DNA of 55,674 nt, filler included, from Nitrospirae bacterium CG2_30_53_67 (lineage in GTDB: Bacteria > CG2-30-53-67), in assembly GCA_001873285.1 (NCBI GenBank). It is 5 parts of 5 records of this genome, joined end to end, with 100 filler letters (N's around TTAATTAATTAA, not from the genome) between each part and the next. Parts side by side here need not be neighbours in the genome. Positions count along the whole stretch, not along the records: positions 32,239 to 47,364 come from MNYV01000144.1; 4 more parts are not named here. One strand, written 5' to 3'. The notes below the pieces were generated by a model, which was not told the DNA's origin, ran no database searches, and was given only the letters and a program-made list of their open reading frames with translations. Shown here piece by piece: positions 37,458 through 47,464 of the stretch. Within the stretch, counting starts at the first letter, position 1. Each line of letters opens with the position of its first letter. Position numbers and translations under genes: made by a program.

Positions 37458-38433
37458 AGTTATTCTTATCATCGTGATTTTGGCCGTTCTCTTTGATATC
37501 AGCAACGGTTGGAATGACTCTGCCAATGCCATTGCCACGGTGGTCTCCACCCGGGTGCTCAGCCCTTTACAGGCAGTCATCCTCTCCGCCATCATGAATA
37601 TCCTGGGGGCGTTTTCCTCCACGGCCGTGGCCAAGACCATCGGCTCCGGAATCGTGGCCCCGGATTCCGTCACCAATATCGTGGTGGGTTCGGCCCTGAT
37701 CTCGAGCTTTCTCTGGAATGCGGCCATGACATTGATCGGGATGCCTGTGAGCGCCTCCCATGCACTGATCGGGAGCCTCATGGGCGCGGCCGTGGCCTTC
37801 AAGGGGATCGGGATTCTGGAGTATGCGGGACTGACCAAGATCTTTCTGGCGCTTTTAATTTCTCCGGTCTTGGGGATTCTGGGAGGCTTTTGCCTGATGA
37901 AGGCAATCCTTGCATTCTTCGGGACCCGCTCTCCTGGTAAAATCAACAAGGTCTTCGGCAGGCTTCAGCTCGTCTCATCCGCCTTTATGGCCTTTTCCCA
38001 CGGTTCCAATGACGCCCAGAAGGTCATGGGGATCATCACCCTCTCTCTGGTCAGCGGGGGCTTCCTCCAGGCCCTTGAGGTTCCCTTCTGGGTCATCCTG
38101 GTCTGCGCCATGGCCATGGGGGTGGGGACGGCCATAGGAGGTTGGCGCGTGATCAAGACCCTCGGGGTGCAGATGCTGAAGCTCCAGCCCGTCCACGGAT
38201 TCGCGGCCGAGACATCGGCAAGCCTGATCATCATCATATCAAGCTTTTTCGGCCTTCCTGTCAGCACGACCCATGTCATCTCGACCAGTATCATGGGGGT
38301 CGGAGCCACTCAAAGGATCAGGGCTGTGCGCTGGGGTGTGGCAGGAAAGATCGTTTTGGCGTGGTTCTTTACACTCCCCATGAGCATCCTCATGGCGTGG
38401 CTGATCTGCAAGATCTTGCTCCGGATCCTCTAA
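37450..38433 (+). CDS. pit: Inorganic phosphate transporter (Pit family)
   Basis: NGWNDSANAIATVVSTR, PVSASH, HGSNDAQK.MG, PVSTTH. Confidence 0.93.
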   Translation: MLEVILIIVILAVLFDISNGWNDSANAIATVVSTRVLSPLQAVILSAIMNILGAFSSTAVAKTIGSGIVAPDSVTNIVVGSALISSFLWNAAMTLIGMPVSASHALIGSLMGAAVAFKGIGILEYAGLTKIFLALLISPVLGILGGFCLMKAILAFFGTRSPGKINKVFGRLQLVSSAFMAFSHGSNDAQKVMGIITLSLVSGGFLQALEVPFWVILVCAMAMGVGTAIGGWRVIKTLGVQMLKLQPVHGFAAETSASLIIIISSFFGLPVSTTHVISTSIMGVGATQRIRAVRWGVAGKIVLAWFFTLPMSILMAWLICKILLRIL

Positions 38434-38889
38434 TCATCTCTTTCCCATTTTTTCTGACAGAATTCTGTCGAGCGACCAGAGGCCGCCCCCTTTGATCATC
38501 AGGGCGATGGCAATGGCCGCAGCAAGGATATGGTACTCGAACCCTTCTCCCTTCTGGGTTCCAAACCAGTTCATGAAGAAGCCGTTTCCGAAATGAAGCA
38601 TCCATACGGCCACGACCATGACGGAGGCGATGCCGAAGGCTGCGACCCGGGTCAGCAGCCCGACGATCAGTCCCATGGACCCGAGAAATTCCGCCATGAT
38701 GGCCAGAAAAGCGAAGAGAGGAGGGATCCCGAGAGAACCGGTGAAACTATTCATGGTCCCTGCAAATCCGTGACCGCCGAACCAGCCGAGGACTTTCTGG
38801 GCCCCGTGCGGGAAGAAAACGATCCCGAGCAGGACTCGAAGGACCAGGGCCGAAACATCCTTTTCCGTATGGAATAATTTCCGGACCAT
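38434..38889 (-). CDS. DoxX family membrane protein
   Basis: LRVLLGIVFFPHGAQK, GLLTRVAA, GFFMNW.G.QKGEGFEYH, GGG.WSLD. Confidence 0.9.
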   Translation of the reverse strand: MVRKLFHTEKDVSALVLRVLLGIVFFPHGAQKVLGWFGGHGFAGTMNSFTGSLGIPPLFAFLAIMAEFLGSMGLIVGLLTRVAAFGIASVMVVAVWMLHFGNGFFMNWFGTQKGEGFEYHILAAAIAIALMIKGGGLWSLDRILSEKMGKR

Positions 38890-38931
38890 GAAAGACCTCC
38901 TTGACAAAGGCTCAATGAGCATGAAGCGTCA

Positions 38932-39180
38932 AGTCATCAACCTCCGGCAAAGCCGGAGGCTTGACGTTTGCCGCCCCCTCAAAGGGGCCTATTCGCAAAC
39001 GATTAAAAACACCCTCCCCTCAATCCCCTCCCATCCAGGGCTGGGGAAGGCCCACTGGTAGTTCCCTCGCCCCTTGTGGGAGAGGGGAAGGGAGAGGGGT
39101 AAAGCATTGCAGTTAATTGCATACTCCCGGAATGGTCAAACTCTAAGAGTCCCCCGGCAAAGCCGGGGGTTTACCTAAAT
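38932..39180 (-). mobile_element. Non-autonomous IS200/IS605-like element (both end hairpins, no transposase, REP-like filler)
   Basis: Hairpins CCTCCGGCAAAGCCGGAGG (38941-38959) and CCCCCGGCAAAGCCGGGGG (39151-39169), the latter followed on the minus strand by ACTCTTAGAGTTTGACCATTCCGGGAG. Confidence 0.6.
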
Positions 39181-39239
39181 TCAATTAAAGTGATTGATCC
39201 GATCCTTGATTTCAATTAAGTCAGAAGGCGGCGAAAATG

Positions 39240-40427
39240 TCAAGGCGGCGGGAGTGGTGACGAGCCTGTTTTTTTCATCTTCCTGCTCCCTTCATACATC
39301 TCGTATTCAAGGAGCCTGCACTCGATCTCGCTGTTGAAAAAGGGGATTTTCTTTTTTGCTTTCAGTCCGACCTTTTTGGCCAGGCCGGGGTTGCCGGTAA
39401 AAACATAGCCGGTATAGCCCTTGCATCTCTGTTTGAAAAAGTCCCCTATCCCCCTGTAGACGCCTTCGAGCGCTTCGGTTTTTCCCATCCTCTCGCCGTA
39501 CTCCGGATTGAGCACAACTACGCCGCCGCCATCCGGGACCGGAGTTTCCGAATAGTCGCCTACGTGGAATTCGATCAGATGCTCGACCCCGGCCTGCGCT
39601 GCATTTTTCTTTGCGCCCTCAACGGCTTTACGGCTGATATCGGTGGCGATGATCCTGCCGTTCAGGGTTTTTCTTTCTTGTTTTTTTGCTTCCCGGCGAA
39701 GCGCACTCCATAAGGAAGCATTAAAACCCGTAAGGTGCATGAATCCGAAATTGTTTCTCAGAAGACCGGGCGCCCTGTTTAATCCGATCCATGCGGCCTC
39801 AACGGCCAGGGTCCCGCTGCCGCACATGGGATTGATAAAATTCCCGTTGCCGTCCCAGCCGGTTGTCAGGACCACGGCGGCCGCAAGCGTCTCCTGCATC
39901 GGCGCTTTCAGGGGGATCTTTCTGTATCCTCGCCTGGGAAGGGGTTCCCCCGATGTGTCCAGATAAACCGAACAGTGTTCCCCTTTCCAGTAGAGGTGGA
40001 CCACGGTCCGGTCTCTTTCAGGGCCTGAATCCGGCCGCCGGCCGCGTTTTTGCTTTATCCGGTCGACAATGGCATCCTTGCACTTGACATTGACATAGCG
40101 TGAATCCCTGATGTTCGGGTTCTCCACGCTGGACGTCACGCACAGGTACCCGTCGGAAGCGATGTAATCTTCCCAGTGGATTCCTGAGATTCCCCTGTAG
40201 AGGTCTTCGGCATCTCTTGCACCAAATTCTCTCATCAAAAAGAGCACGCGGTGCCCTGTACGGAGGAAGAGGTTGAGTTTCAACGTATCCTCGATGGTCC
40301 CCTCCGTAACCACGCTCGCGATCGTCTCGGACAGGACCGGGAAACCAAGAGCAAGGATTTCCTGTTTCAGGTAAGGGGGGATCGCCTTGGGGCATGTGAC
40401 CAGGATCCTGTTTTTTTTCATTTTCAT
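39240..40427 (-). CDS. THUMP-domain class I SAM-dependent RNA methyltransferase (RlmL-like)
   Basis: DTSGEPLPRRGYR, APMQETLAAA, NPMCGSGTL, LNPEYGER. Start reassigned to ~40427 because the upstream ORF extension lies in a repeat. Confidence 0.9.
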   Translation of the reverse strand: MKMKKNRILVTCPKAIPPYLKQEILALGFPVLSETIASVVTEGTIEDTLKLNLFLRTGHRVLFLMREFGARDAEDLYRGISGIHWEDYIASDGYLCVTSSVENPNIRDSRYVNVKCKDAIVDRIKQKRGRRPDSGPERDRTVVHLYWKGEHCSVYLDTSGEPLPRRGYRKIPLKAPMQETLAAAVVLTTGWDGNGNFINPMCGSGTLAVEAAWIGLNRAPGLLRNNFGFMHLTGFNASLWSALRREAKKQERKTLNGRIIATDISRKAVEGAKKNAAQAGVEHLIEFHVGDYSETPVPDGGGVVVLNPEYGERMGKTEALEGVYRGIGDFFKQRCKGYTGYVFTGNPGLAKKVGLKAKKKIPFFNSEIECRLLEYEMYEGSRKMKKTGSSPLPPP

Positions 40428-40430
40428 CAC

Positions 40431-40550
40431 CCCAGGGTTATAGGAATCAAGGGGCCAAGGGTTCAAGTGAAATACTGAAAAGCAGGCAAAATCTCCGGAG
40501 AAAAAGACTGGAACCCTTGACCCCTGATGTTTTCGCCCACGCTTTTGGAG
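40431..40550 (-). repeat. 8-mer-arm element, non-coding copy
   Basis: Minus strand: CTCCAAAAGCGTGGGCGAAAACATCAGGGGTCAAGGGTTCCA...GGAGATTTTG...TATTTCACTTGAACCCTTGGCCCCTTGATTCC. Confidence 0.75.
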
Positions 40551-40712
40551 GTGATCTGAAAAAGCTGACCCTACTCTATAATATGACCTGCGGTCTGTCA
40601 AAAAAAATTTGGTATTGCATATGACGGTGTTTTTCAGATATGGTACACCCTTAACAAATTCCCGGATTAAGGGTGGAATATTTTTAGAGGGTTTTAAAAC
40701 GGAGGAAGGGAT

Positions 40713-43421
40713 ATGACTCGGAGATTTTTGAGGTTTTGGACGTTTTGGGGAGTGGCGCTGATTGTTTCAGGGCTGATCCGCCCGGAGGTTTGCAATGCCG
40801 AGGACACGGGTTCTACAGGATACAAGGAGGTTTTACGTATGGAGGGTCTCACCAAGATTGTGCTGGATAACGGTTTATCCGTGGTCATCTCAGAAAATCA
40901 TGCCGCTCCTGTAGTGGCCCTGCAGGTCTGGGTCAAGGTCGGAAGCCGTTATGAGCAGGACGACCAGGCCGGGATCTCCCACGTGTTTGAGCATATGCTC
41001 TTCAAGGGGACGAAAAAACGGGGCGTGGGGGAGATCGCCAGGGAGGTAGAGACCGCCGGGGGGAACATCAACGCCTATACCTCCTTTGACCACACGGTCT
41101 ACCATCTCGTCCTGGCCAGCCGGTATTTTGATGTGGGCCTGGACGTGCTTTCCGATGCCATCCAAAACTCCTCATTTGATCCGGGCGAACTGGCCAGGGA
41201 ATCCGAGGTGGTACTGGAAGAGCTCAAGCGGTCGCAGGATGACCAGGACCAGGTGGCGGGCATCAAGATGTTCGAAACGGCCTATACGGCCCATCCGTAC
41301 CGCAGGCCCGTGATCGGTTACGAAAAGACGTTTATGGGTCTTACCCGGGACCGATACCTTAACTATTTCCATCAATGGTATGTACCGAACAATATGAGCC
41401 TGATCGTGGCCGGGGACATCAAGGCCGAGGAGGTGATTCCCCGGATTGTGAAGGCCTTCAGCGGTTACGCCCCGAATCCGAATCTCACGCATGAGGTCCC
41501 GCAGGAGCCGGAGCAGAAAGAGACCCGGGCTGTGGTCACGAGGATGGAGAGCGCCCAGACCTATCTGAACATGGGCTACCATATCCCCGATCTTCGCGAT
41601 CCACGGAATCCAGCCCTGGACCTCCTCGGGATGATCCTGGGGCAGGGGGAGACCTCCAGGCTCTACCGGGAGGTGAAGCGGGAAAAGGAACTGGTGCGCA
41701 GCATCTATTCCTATGCCTTCACACCCATAGACCCGGGGATGCTGCTGATTGATGCAGCCCTGGACGTCTCGAAGATCGAAGAAGCCCTCAGGGAAACCCT
41801 TCGTCAGGTTCACCGCCTCCAGGTGGAGCCGGTGAGCGAGGAAGAACTCTTCCGGGCGAGGACCAATGTGGAGAGCGACTTCATTTACAGCAAGGAGTCC
41901 ATGGAGGGCCAGGCCAGAAAGATCGGTTATTACGAATCCGACTTCGGAGACCCGTTATATCAAAAAACCTACCTCAAGGGGATCGCCTCAGTCACACCGC
42001 AGGAGATCATGGACCTGGCCAGGACCTATCTCAGGCCCGAGAATCTGACCGTTTCCCTTTTACTTGCCCCAGACCAGCGCACGGACCTCAATGCCGAAAG
42101 TCTGAAGAGGATGGTGGAAGAGATCACCCGGAAGATCATCGATTCGTCCCGTCCGGCCAAAGCCGGGGAAGAGGGCCTGCCGCGGAAGCTTGTCCTTGCA
42201 AACGGCATCCGGCTGATCGTCAAGGAGAATCATGCGGTTCCCACGGTATCGGTGAAGGTCGTCTTCCCGGGTGCGCAGCGCTACGAGACCGAAGCCACGA
42301 GCGGCCTCTATCATTTCATCGCCTCCATGCTGGATCGGGGTACGGATAAACGCGGAGCCTCGGAGATCTCCGCGGAGATCGAGGACATGGCCGGGAGTGT
42401 GAGCGGGTTCTCCGGACGGAACAGCTTCGGCGCTGATCTCACGATCTTGAGCCGGCATTTTTTTAGAGGGATGCATCTTCTTTCGGATCTCCTCCTGCAT
42501 CCATCCTTTGATCCGTCCGAGATGGAGAAGGTCAGGCAGGATATCCTGACCGACATCAAACAGCAGGAGGATATCCTGACCCAGAGGGCCGGGAACCTCT
42601 TCCGCAGGACCCTGTATCGGACCCACCCCTATCGAATGCGGGTCATCGGAGAGGAGAAGACGGTTTCCGACTTCTCGCAGACGGATCTGGAAAAAGCCTA
42701 TTTTGATTCGATCTCTCCGGACCGGATGGTGATCGCCATCGTGGGAGACATCACGGAAAAGGAAGCGGTCAGAGCGGTCGAGGACCTCTTCGGAAAGATG
42801 GAGAAAAACAAGGTCATCGAGCCGGACATCAAACAGGAGGTTTCTCAGAATGAGGTGCGTGAAGGCCGTGAGACTGCGGACCGCCAGCAGGCCCATATGA
42901 TCCTCGGTTTCCTCGGCGCCACGGTCACATCCGAAGACCGGTATCCTCTTGAGGTCTTGAACAATGTGCTGGCCGGGCAGAGCGGGCGGCTCTTCATGGA
43001 GCTTCGGGACAAGAAAAGCCTGGCCTATGCCGTGACCTCCTTTACCCAGGAGGGTGTGGATCCGGGATACTTCGCGGCCTATATCGGTTGCAGCCCGGAG
43101 AAACTCGCCGAGGCAAAAGAAGGGATCATTGCCGAGCTTCGCCGCATCCGTGAAGAAAAGGTTTCCAAAGACGAGATGGATCGTTCCAAGAAGAACCTGA
43201 TCGGGCAGTTTGAAATCGATCTCCAGACCAACGGGGCCATGGCATCCTCTCTGGCCCTTGACGAACTGTACGGGAACGGCTTCGATGCCTACCGGAAGTA
43301 TGCGGAACGGATCGAGAAGGTCACGGCAAAGGAGGTGCAGAGGATCGCCAGGAAGTATATCGATCTTTCGAGATATTCCCTGGCCGTAGTGTCCCCTGGG
43401 TCAGGAGATGGGAAAAAATAG
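40713..43421 (+). CDS. M16 (pitrilysin/PqqL-like) zinc peptidase, exported
   Basis: Signal peptide, SHVFEHMLFKGT (HxxEH), NAYTSFDHTVY, duplicated M16 domains. Confidence 0.93.
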   Translation: MTRRFLRFWTFWGVALIVSGLIRPEVCNAEDTGSTGYKEVLRMEGLTKIVLDNGLSVVISENHAAPVVALQVWVKVGSRYEQDDQAGISHVFEHMLFKGTKKRGVGEIAREVETAGGNINAYTSFDHTVYHLVLASRYFDVGLDVLSDAIQNSSFDPGELARESEVVLEELKRSQDDQDQVAGIKMFETAYTAHPYRRPVIGYEKTFMGLTRDRYLNYFHQWYVPNNMSLIVAGDIKAEEVIPRIVKAFSGYAPNPNLTHEVPQEPEQKETRAVVTRMESAQTYLNMGYHIPDLRDPRNPALDLLGMILGQGETSRLYREVKREKELVRSIYSYAFTPIDPGMLLIDAALDVSKIEEALRETLRQVHRLQVEPVSEEELFRARTNVESDFIYSKESMEGQARKIGYYESDFGDPLYQKTYLKGIASVTPQEIMDLARTYLRPENLTVSLLLAPDQRTDLNAESLKRMVEEITRKIIDSSRPAKAGEEGLPRKLVLANGIRLIVKENHAVPTVSVKVVFPGAQRYETEATSGLYHFIASMLDRGTDKRGASEISAEIEDMAGSVSGFSGRNSFGADLTILSRHFFRGMHLLSDLLLHPSFDPSEMEKVRQDILTDIKQQEDILTQRAGNLFRRTLYRTHPYRMRVIGEEKTVSDFSQTDLEKAYFDSISPDRMVIAIVGDITEKEAVRAVEDLFGKMEKNKVIEPDIKQEVSQNEVREGRETADRQQAHMILGFLGATVTSEDRYPLEVLNNVLAGQSGRLFMELRDKKSLAYAVTSFTQEGVDPGYFAAYIGCSPEKLAEAKEGIIAELRRIREEKVSKDEMDRSKKNLIGQFEIDLQTNGAMASSLALDELYGNGFDAYRKYAERIEKVTAKEVQRIARKYIDLSRYSLAVVSPGSGDGKK

Positions 43422-43497
43422 AAAATAGCCAATAGAAAAATTTCCCCTCCCTCGACTGGAGGGGATAAAGGGGAGGGTGAAAAAAGGAGTCATTACC

Positions 43498-44049
43498 ATG
43501 AAAATCCCGGAGAAGATTGATCTGGCGTACCGCTTTCTCACCCTGGGCTGCACGGTTCTTGTGACCTCGGCCTGTAAGGGGGAGACCGATATCCTGACGG
43601 TCTCCTGGCAGACGCCGGTCAGCAAGAATCCTCCCCTCTTTGCCGTCGCTGTGGCCAAGGGTCACCATTCGCACAAGCTCATTGACCGGAGCGGCGCCTA
43701 TGTCATCAATGTTCCAAATGAATATCTGATTAAAGAGGTCTTTTATTGCGGCACCCATTCCGGCCGGGACGTGGACAAGTTCAAAGAGACAGAACTAACG
43801 TCCGAGCCCGGAGAATTTGTGGAAGCGCCTCATATCAAGGAATGCGTGGCCTATGTGGAGTGCCGGGTGGAAAGCGCCTATACGTCCGGGGACCATACCC
43901 TTTTTATCGGTAAGGCCCTCAAGGCTGAGGTAACCCGAGGGATCTTCGACGGAGTCTGGAAGATCGGAGAGCCCGGCACCGAGTTTCTCATCCATCTCGG
44001 CGGTCCGCACTTCTTCGTCCCCGGCCGGGTGATCAAGGCGGCGCCATAG
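43498..44049 (+). CDS. Flavin reductase-like FMN-binding protein
   Basis: TVSW.TPVS..PP, CGTHSGRDVDKF, ECRV, GDHTLFIG. Confidence 0.88.
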   Translation: MKIPEKIDLAYRFLTLGCTVLVTSACKGETDILTVSWQTPVSKNPPLFAVAVAKGHHSHKLIDRSGAYVINVPNEYLIKEVFYCGTHSGRDVDKFKETELTSEPGEFVEAPHIKECVAYVECRVESAYTSGDHTLFIGKALKAEVTRGIFDGVWKIGEPGTEFLIHLGGPHFFVPGRVIKAAP

Positions 44050-44089
44050 GGATGATGGTTGAATCTAAAACAAATTTTCTATCTACACT

Positions 44090-45625
44090 ATGGAGACCAC
44101 AACCGAAAGAGCAGAGATCACCCCCACACTCAAGGATTTTTTAAACCTTTCCCGGGGCCCCAAGGCGGTTCCGATCTTCCTGAAGATCCCCATGGGGACG
44201 CTCGACCCGCCTTCGGTCTTTGAGCGCGTCCATGAGGGGAGGGATTCTTTTCTTCTGGAGTCCGTCAAGGGGACATCACAGATCGGCCGGTATTCCTTCG
44301 TGGGCTCACGCCCTTTCCGGGTCTTTGAGAGCAAGCATGACCAGATCCGGATTCGTGAAGGGCTCTATGAGACCCTGATCCAGGGGAACCCCTTTTCCGA
44401 GCTCCGACGCCTGCTTCAGGAAACCCCGATGGTCAGAATGAAAGGCCTTGCTTTTTTTACCGGCGGGGCCGTGGGCATGATCGGGTACGATGCGGTCCAC
44501 TTCCTTGAGCGCATCCCCAGGACGGCCAGGGATGATCTTCAGATTCCCGACCTCTATTTCCTGTTCGTGGATACGGTGGTGGTCTTTGATCATGTGGAGC
44601 GGGAGATCATCCTGGCCCATGTCCCCATGCTGAGGAGGCGCCCGGATGCAGAGGAAGAAAGGGTCCGGGCATACAACCGGGGTGCGGAACAACTCAAGGC
44701 GCTTCTCCAGAGGGTGATTACGCCTGCTTCGAAAAGAGCGGCTCAGTCTGACGCCGGACCCAAGGACTTTACCGTAGCCGCCAATATGGGGAAAGAAGAT
44801 TACATGGAGATGGTCCGCCGGGCCAAGGCATATATCCGGGCGGGCGATATCTTCCAGGCCAACCTCTCCCAGCGGCTGACCGCAGAGATCGGGGACCTCG
44901 ACCCTTTTCGTCTCTATAAGGTCCTGCGTGAGATCAACCCTTCACCCTTTGCGGCGTTTATGGACTTTGAAGGTTTTCAACTGGTGAGTTCCTCACCCGA
45001 GCGGCTCATGCGCCTGCATCAGAGAATCGTGGAGACCCGCCCTATTGCCGGGACCCGGCCCAGGGGGAGAGACGCCAGGGGTGACCAGGCCATGAGCGCG
45101 GAGCTGATTACCAATGAAAAGGAGCGGGCCGAGCATATCATGTTGATTGATCTCGAACGAAACGACATCGGCCGCGTCTGCGATTACGGCTCGGTCTCTG
45201 TGGATGAATTCATGGCGCTGGAGGAGTACTCCCACGTGATCCATATCGTCTCCAATGTGCGCGGGCGGCTCCATGAGAAAAAGGATCTGTTTGACCTGAT
45301 CCGGGCGGCCTTTCCGGGAGGGACCATCACCGGCGTGCCCAAGGTGCGCTGCATGGAGATCATTGACGAGCTCGAGTCCGTGCAGCGCGGGCCGTACACC
45401 GGCTCCATCGGCTATCTCGGCTTCAACGGAGACATGGACCTCAACATCATCATCCGGACCTTCGTGATCAAGGACGGACGCGCCCACGTGCAGGTGGGCG
45501 CCGGCATCGTGGCCGACTCGGACCCGGAGCGGGAATACCTTGAGACCCTGCACAAGGCCGACGCATTGCTTCAGGCATTGAAGGTGCTGGAAGATGAAGG
45601 CGGTCTCCCCGCTCACGGAGGATAA
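44090..45625 (+). CDS. Chorismate-binding enzyme, anthranilate synthase I / PabB family
   Basis: FLLES, GDIFQANLSQR, SSSPERL, RPIAGTRPRG, KERAEHIMLIDLERND, FPGGTITGVPK. Confidence 0.92.
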   Translation: METTTERAEITPTLKDFLNLSRGPKAVPIFLKIPMGTLDPPSVFERVHEGRDSFLLESVKGTSQIGRYSFVGSRPFRVFESKHDQIRIREGLYETLIQGNPFSELRRLLQETPMVRMKGLAFFTGGAVGMIGYDAVHFLERIPRTARDDLQIPDLYFLFVDTVVVFDHVEREIILAHVPMLRRRPDAEEERVRAYNRGAEQLKALLQRVITPASKRAAQSDAGPKDFTVAANMGKEDYMEMVRRAKAYIRAGDIFQANLSQRLTAEIGDLDPFRLYKVLREINPSPFAAFMDFEGFQLVSSSPERLMRLHQRIVETRPIAGTRPRGRDARGDQAMSAELITNEKERAEHIMLIDLERNDIGRVCDYGSVSVDEFMALEEYSHVIHIVSNVRGRLHEKKDLFDLIRAAFPGGTITGVPKVRCMEIIDELESVQRGPYTGSIGYLGFNGDMDLNIIIRTFVIKDGRAHVQVGAGIVADSDPEREYLETLHKADALLQALKVLEDEGGLPAHGG

Positions 45626-45635
45626 GAGAACCCTC

Positions 45636-45671
45636 TTGACATTCTGCTCTTTTAATGTACGCTGTTGTACA
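45636..45671 (+). promoter_or_regulatory. TA-type promoter with palindromic operator
   Basis: TTGACA at 45636, with TGTAC-N6-GTACA overlapping the -10 region. Confidence 0.5.
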
Positions 45672-45688
45672 GAATGGAGGGGTTTCAG

Positions 45689-45925
45689 ATGAAGACGATA
45701 TCATTCACCGAATTTCGCAAAAATGCCTCAAGCCTTTTCTCTATCGTCGAGGATGGGGAGGTTATTGTTGTCTTGCGGCATGGTAAACCCATTGCTGAAA
45801 TTGTACCGGTATCACCGAAGCATGGCATTCCGTCCTGGAAGAGACCGGGTTTAAGACTTTCAGTCAAGGGCGTAAAACTGTCTTCGGCCATTCTCGAGGA
45901 GCGCGAGCTTGAAGACGTTCTTTGA
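45689..45925 (+). CDS. Phd/YefM family antitoxin
   Basis: MKTISFTEFRKNASSLF..VEDGE...V.RHGKPIAEIVP. Confidence 0.88.
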   Translation: MKTISFTEFRKNASSLFSIVEDGEVIVVLRHGKPIAEIVPVSPKHGIPSWKRPGLRLSVKGVKLSSAILEERELEDVL

Positions 45926-45941
45926 TGCTTCAGCATTCGCA
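45909..45941 (+). pseudogene. Truncated 5' end of a VapC/PIN toxin
   Basis: A TTG start overlapping the antitoxin end reads MKTFFDASAFA (typical PIN first beta-strand/Asp). It then turns into AT-rich unrelated sequence and stops. Confidence 0.55.
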
Positions 45942-46018
45942 GTGAATAAAGTTCTTTTCTCAGTTTCATTTCTCTGATAGATTAACATACCAACTCAAAA
46001 AAATTCCGGTATGAAATC

Positions 46019-47364
46019 ATGGCCAATAACGGGAAAATCCGCAAGAAAGATTCAGCAAGGCTGACGTGGGACAGCAAGCCGCGCCGTGCGCCGAATCCCA
46101 AGGATATAGAATTTCAAACCGCAGAGGTCGTGATTCCCAACCCGGTCCGCAGGGAAGAGCTCCCCTTGTCATTTAGAGACGGCATCATTGGTGAGGCTGA
46201 GATTGACAAGCAGAAGATGAACCGCCTGATATGGGGCGACAATTTGCTTGCCATGCAGGCCCTATTGTCGCAGGGTTATGAAGGCAAGATCAACCTCATC
46301 TACATTGACCCGCCTTTTGATTCAAAGGCAGACTACTCCCACAAAATGACCATCAACAACAACCCCACTTTAGAAAAGGGAGGCAAGGGGGGATTTGAAC
46401 GGGGGGTTGAATTCGCCAAAGAACCCTCTGTCATTGAGCGCCTTGCATACAAAGACACATGGGCAGGAGGGACTGACTCATACCTTGATATGCTCTATCC
46501 GAGATTGCAGTTGATGAAAAGACTGCTGGCGGAGGATGGAAGTATTATTGTTCATTTAGATTATCATATAGTTCATTATGTCAAAATACTTTTAGATGAA
46601 ATTTTCGGTAGAGGACTTGAAAAAGACGATATTGGATATCGAAATGAAATTATTTATTGTTATAGCGGTGGAGGAACCCCACCAACCGAATACCCGAGAA
46701 AACACGACAATATTCTTTGGTATTCCAAAGGTCGCAAATGGATTTTCAATACTCAATACAGACCATATTCGGAAGGTACTGTTCAAAGGGGGAGGACTGC
46801 TGTAAAAGGAGAAAATGCCAAACTTAACCCTTTGGGTACGCCTGTGAATGATTGGTGGACTGACATCAAAAAGATAACAAGCCCCACCGATCCCGAAAAA
46901 ACTTATTACGATACTCAAAAATCAGAAGATTTACTCACAAGGATTTTACAGTGCCATAGCAGTACAAGTAATCTTATTGCCGATTTCTTCTGCGGCTCTG
47001 GCACAACATTAGCTGTTGCTGAAAGGCTCAACTGTCGCTGGATTGGCTGCGAACTTGGAAAGGTTGGGATTCAGGTTGCCCGCGCAAGGCTTGTTGAACA
47101 GCAGGCAAGACCCTTCCTGATAGAAAACATCGGCAATTATCAGCGGGAGATGATTTATCTTACAGGCGGACGCATCTATGAGATGCAGAATCTTATTCTT
47201 AAACTCTATGGCGCAACTCCTCGTGATAAGATGAGCGGGCTCGGCATACGCAAGGCAGATGACGGCGTAGAGGAACTTGTGTACGTGGGCTATCCGGATA
47301 GACCTGTCTCAGCAGGCAAGGCAGAGGAACTTGCGCTTCAGGCGCAGAAGTTGGACGGCAGGGG
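46019..47364 (+). CDS. Site-specific N6-adenine/N4-cytosine DNA methyltransferase (Type III Mod-like), 3' truncated
   Basis: WGDNL, IYIDPPF (motif IV), TQKSEDLL, ADFFCGSGTT (motif I), in beta-class order. Runs into the contig end. Confidence 0.9.
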
Positions 47365-47464
47365 NNNNNNNNNNNNNNNNNNNNNNNNNNNNNNNNNNNN
47401 NNNNNNNNTTAATTAATTAANNNNNNNNNNNNNNNNNNNNNNNNNNNNNNNNNNNNNNNNNNNN
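47365..47464. other. Artificial contig-joining spacer
   Basis: N-run + TTAATTAATTAA + N-run. Confidence 0.98.

Noticed and set aside
39206..39219. FNR/Crp-like box TTGATTTCAATTAA upstream of doxX
   Set aside because: It is an imperfect match, over 300 bp from the start and separated from it by a mobile remnant.
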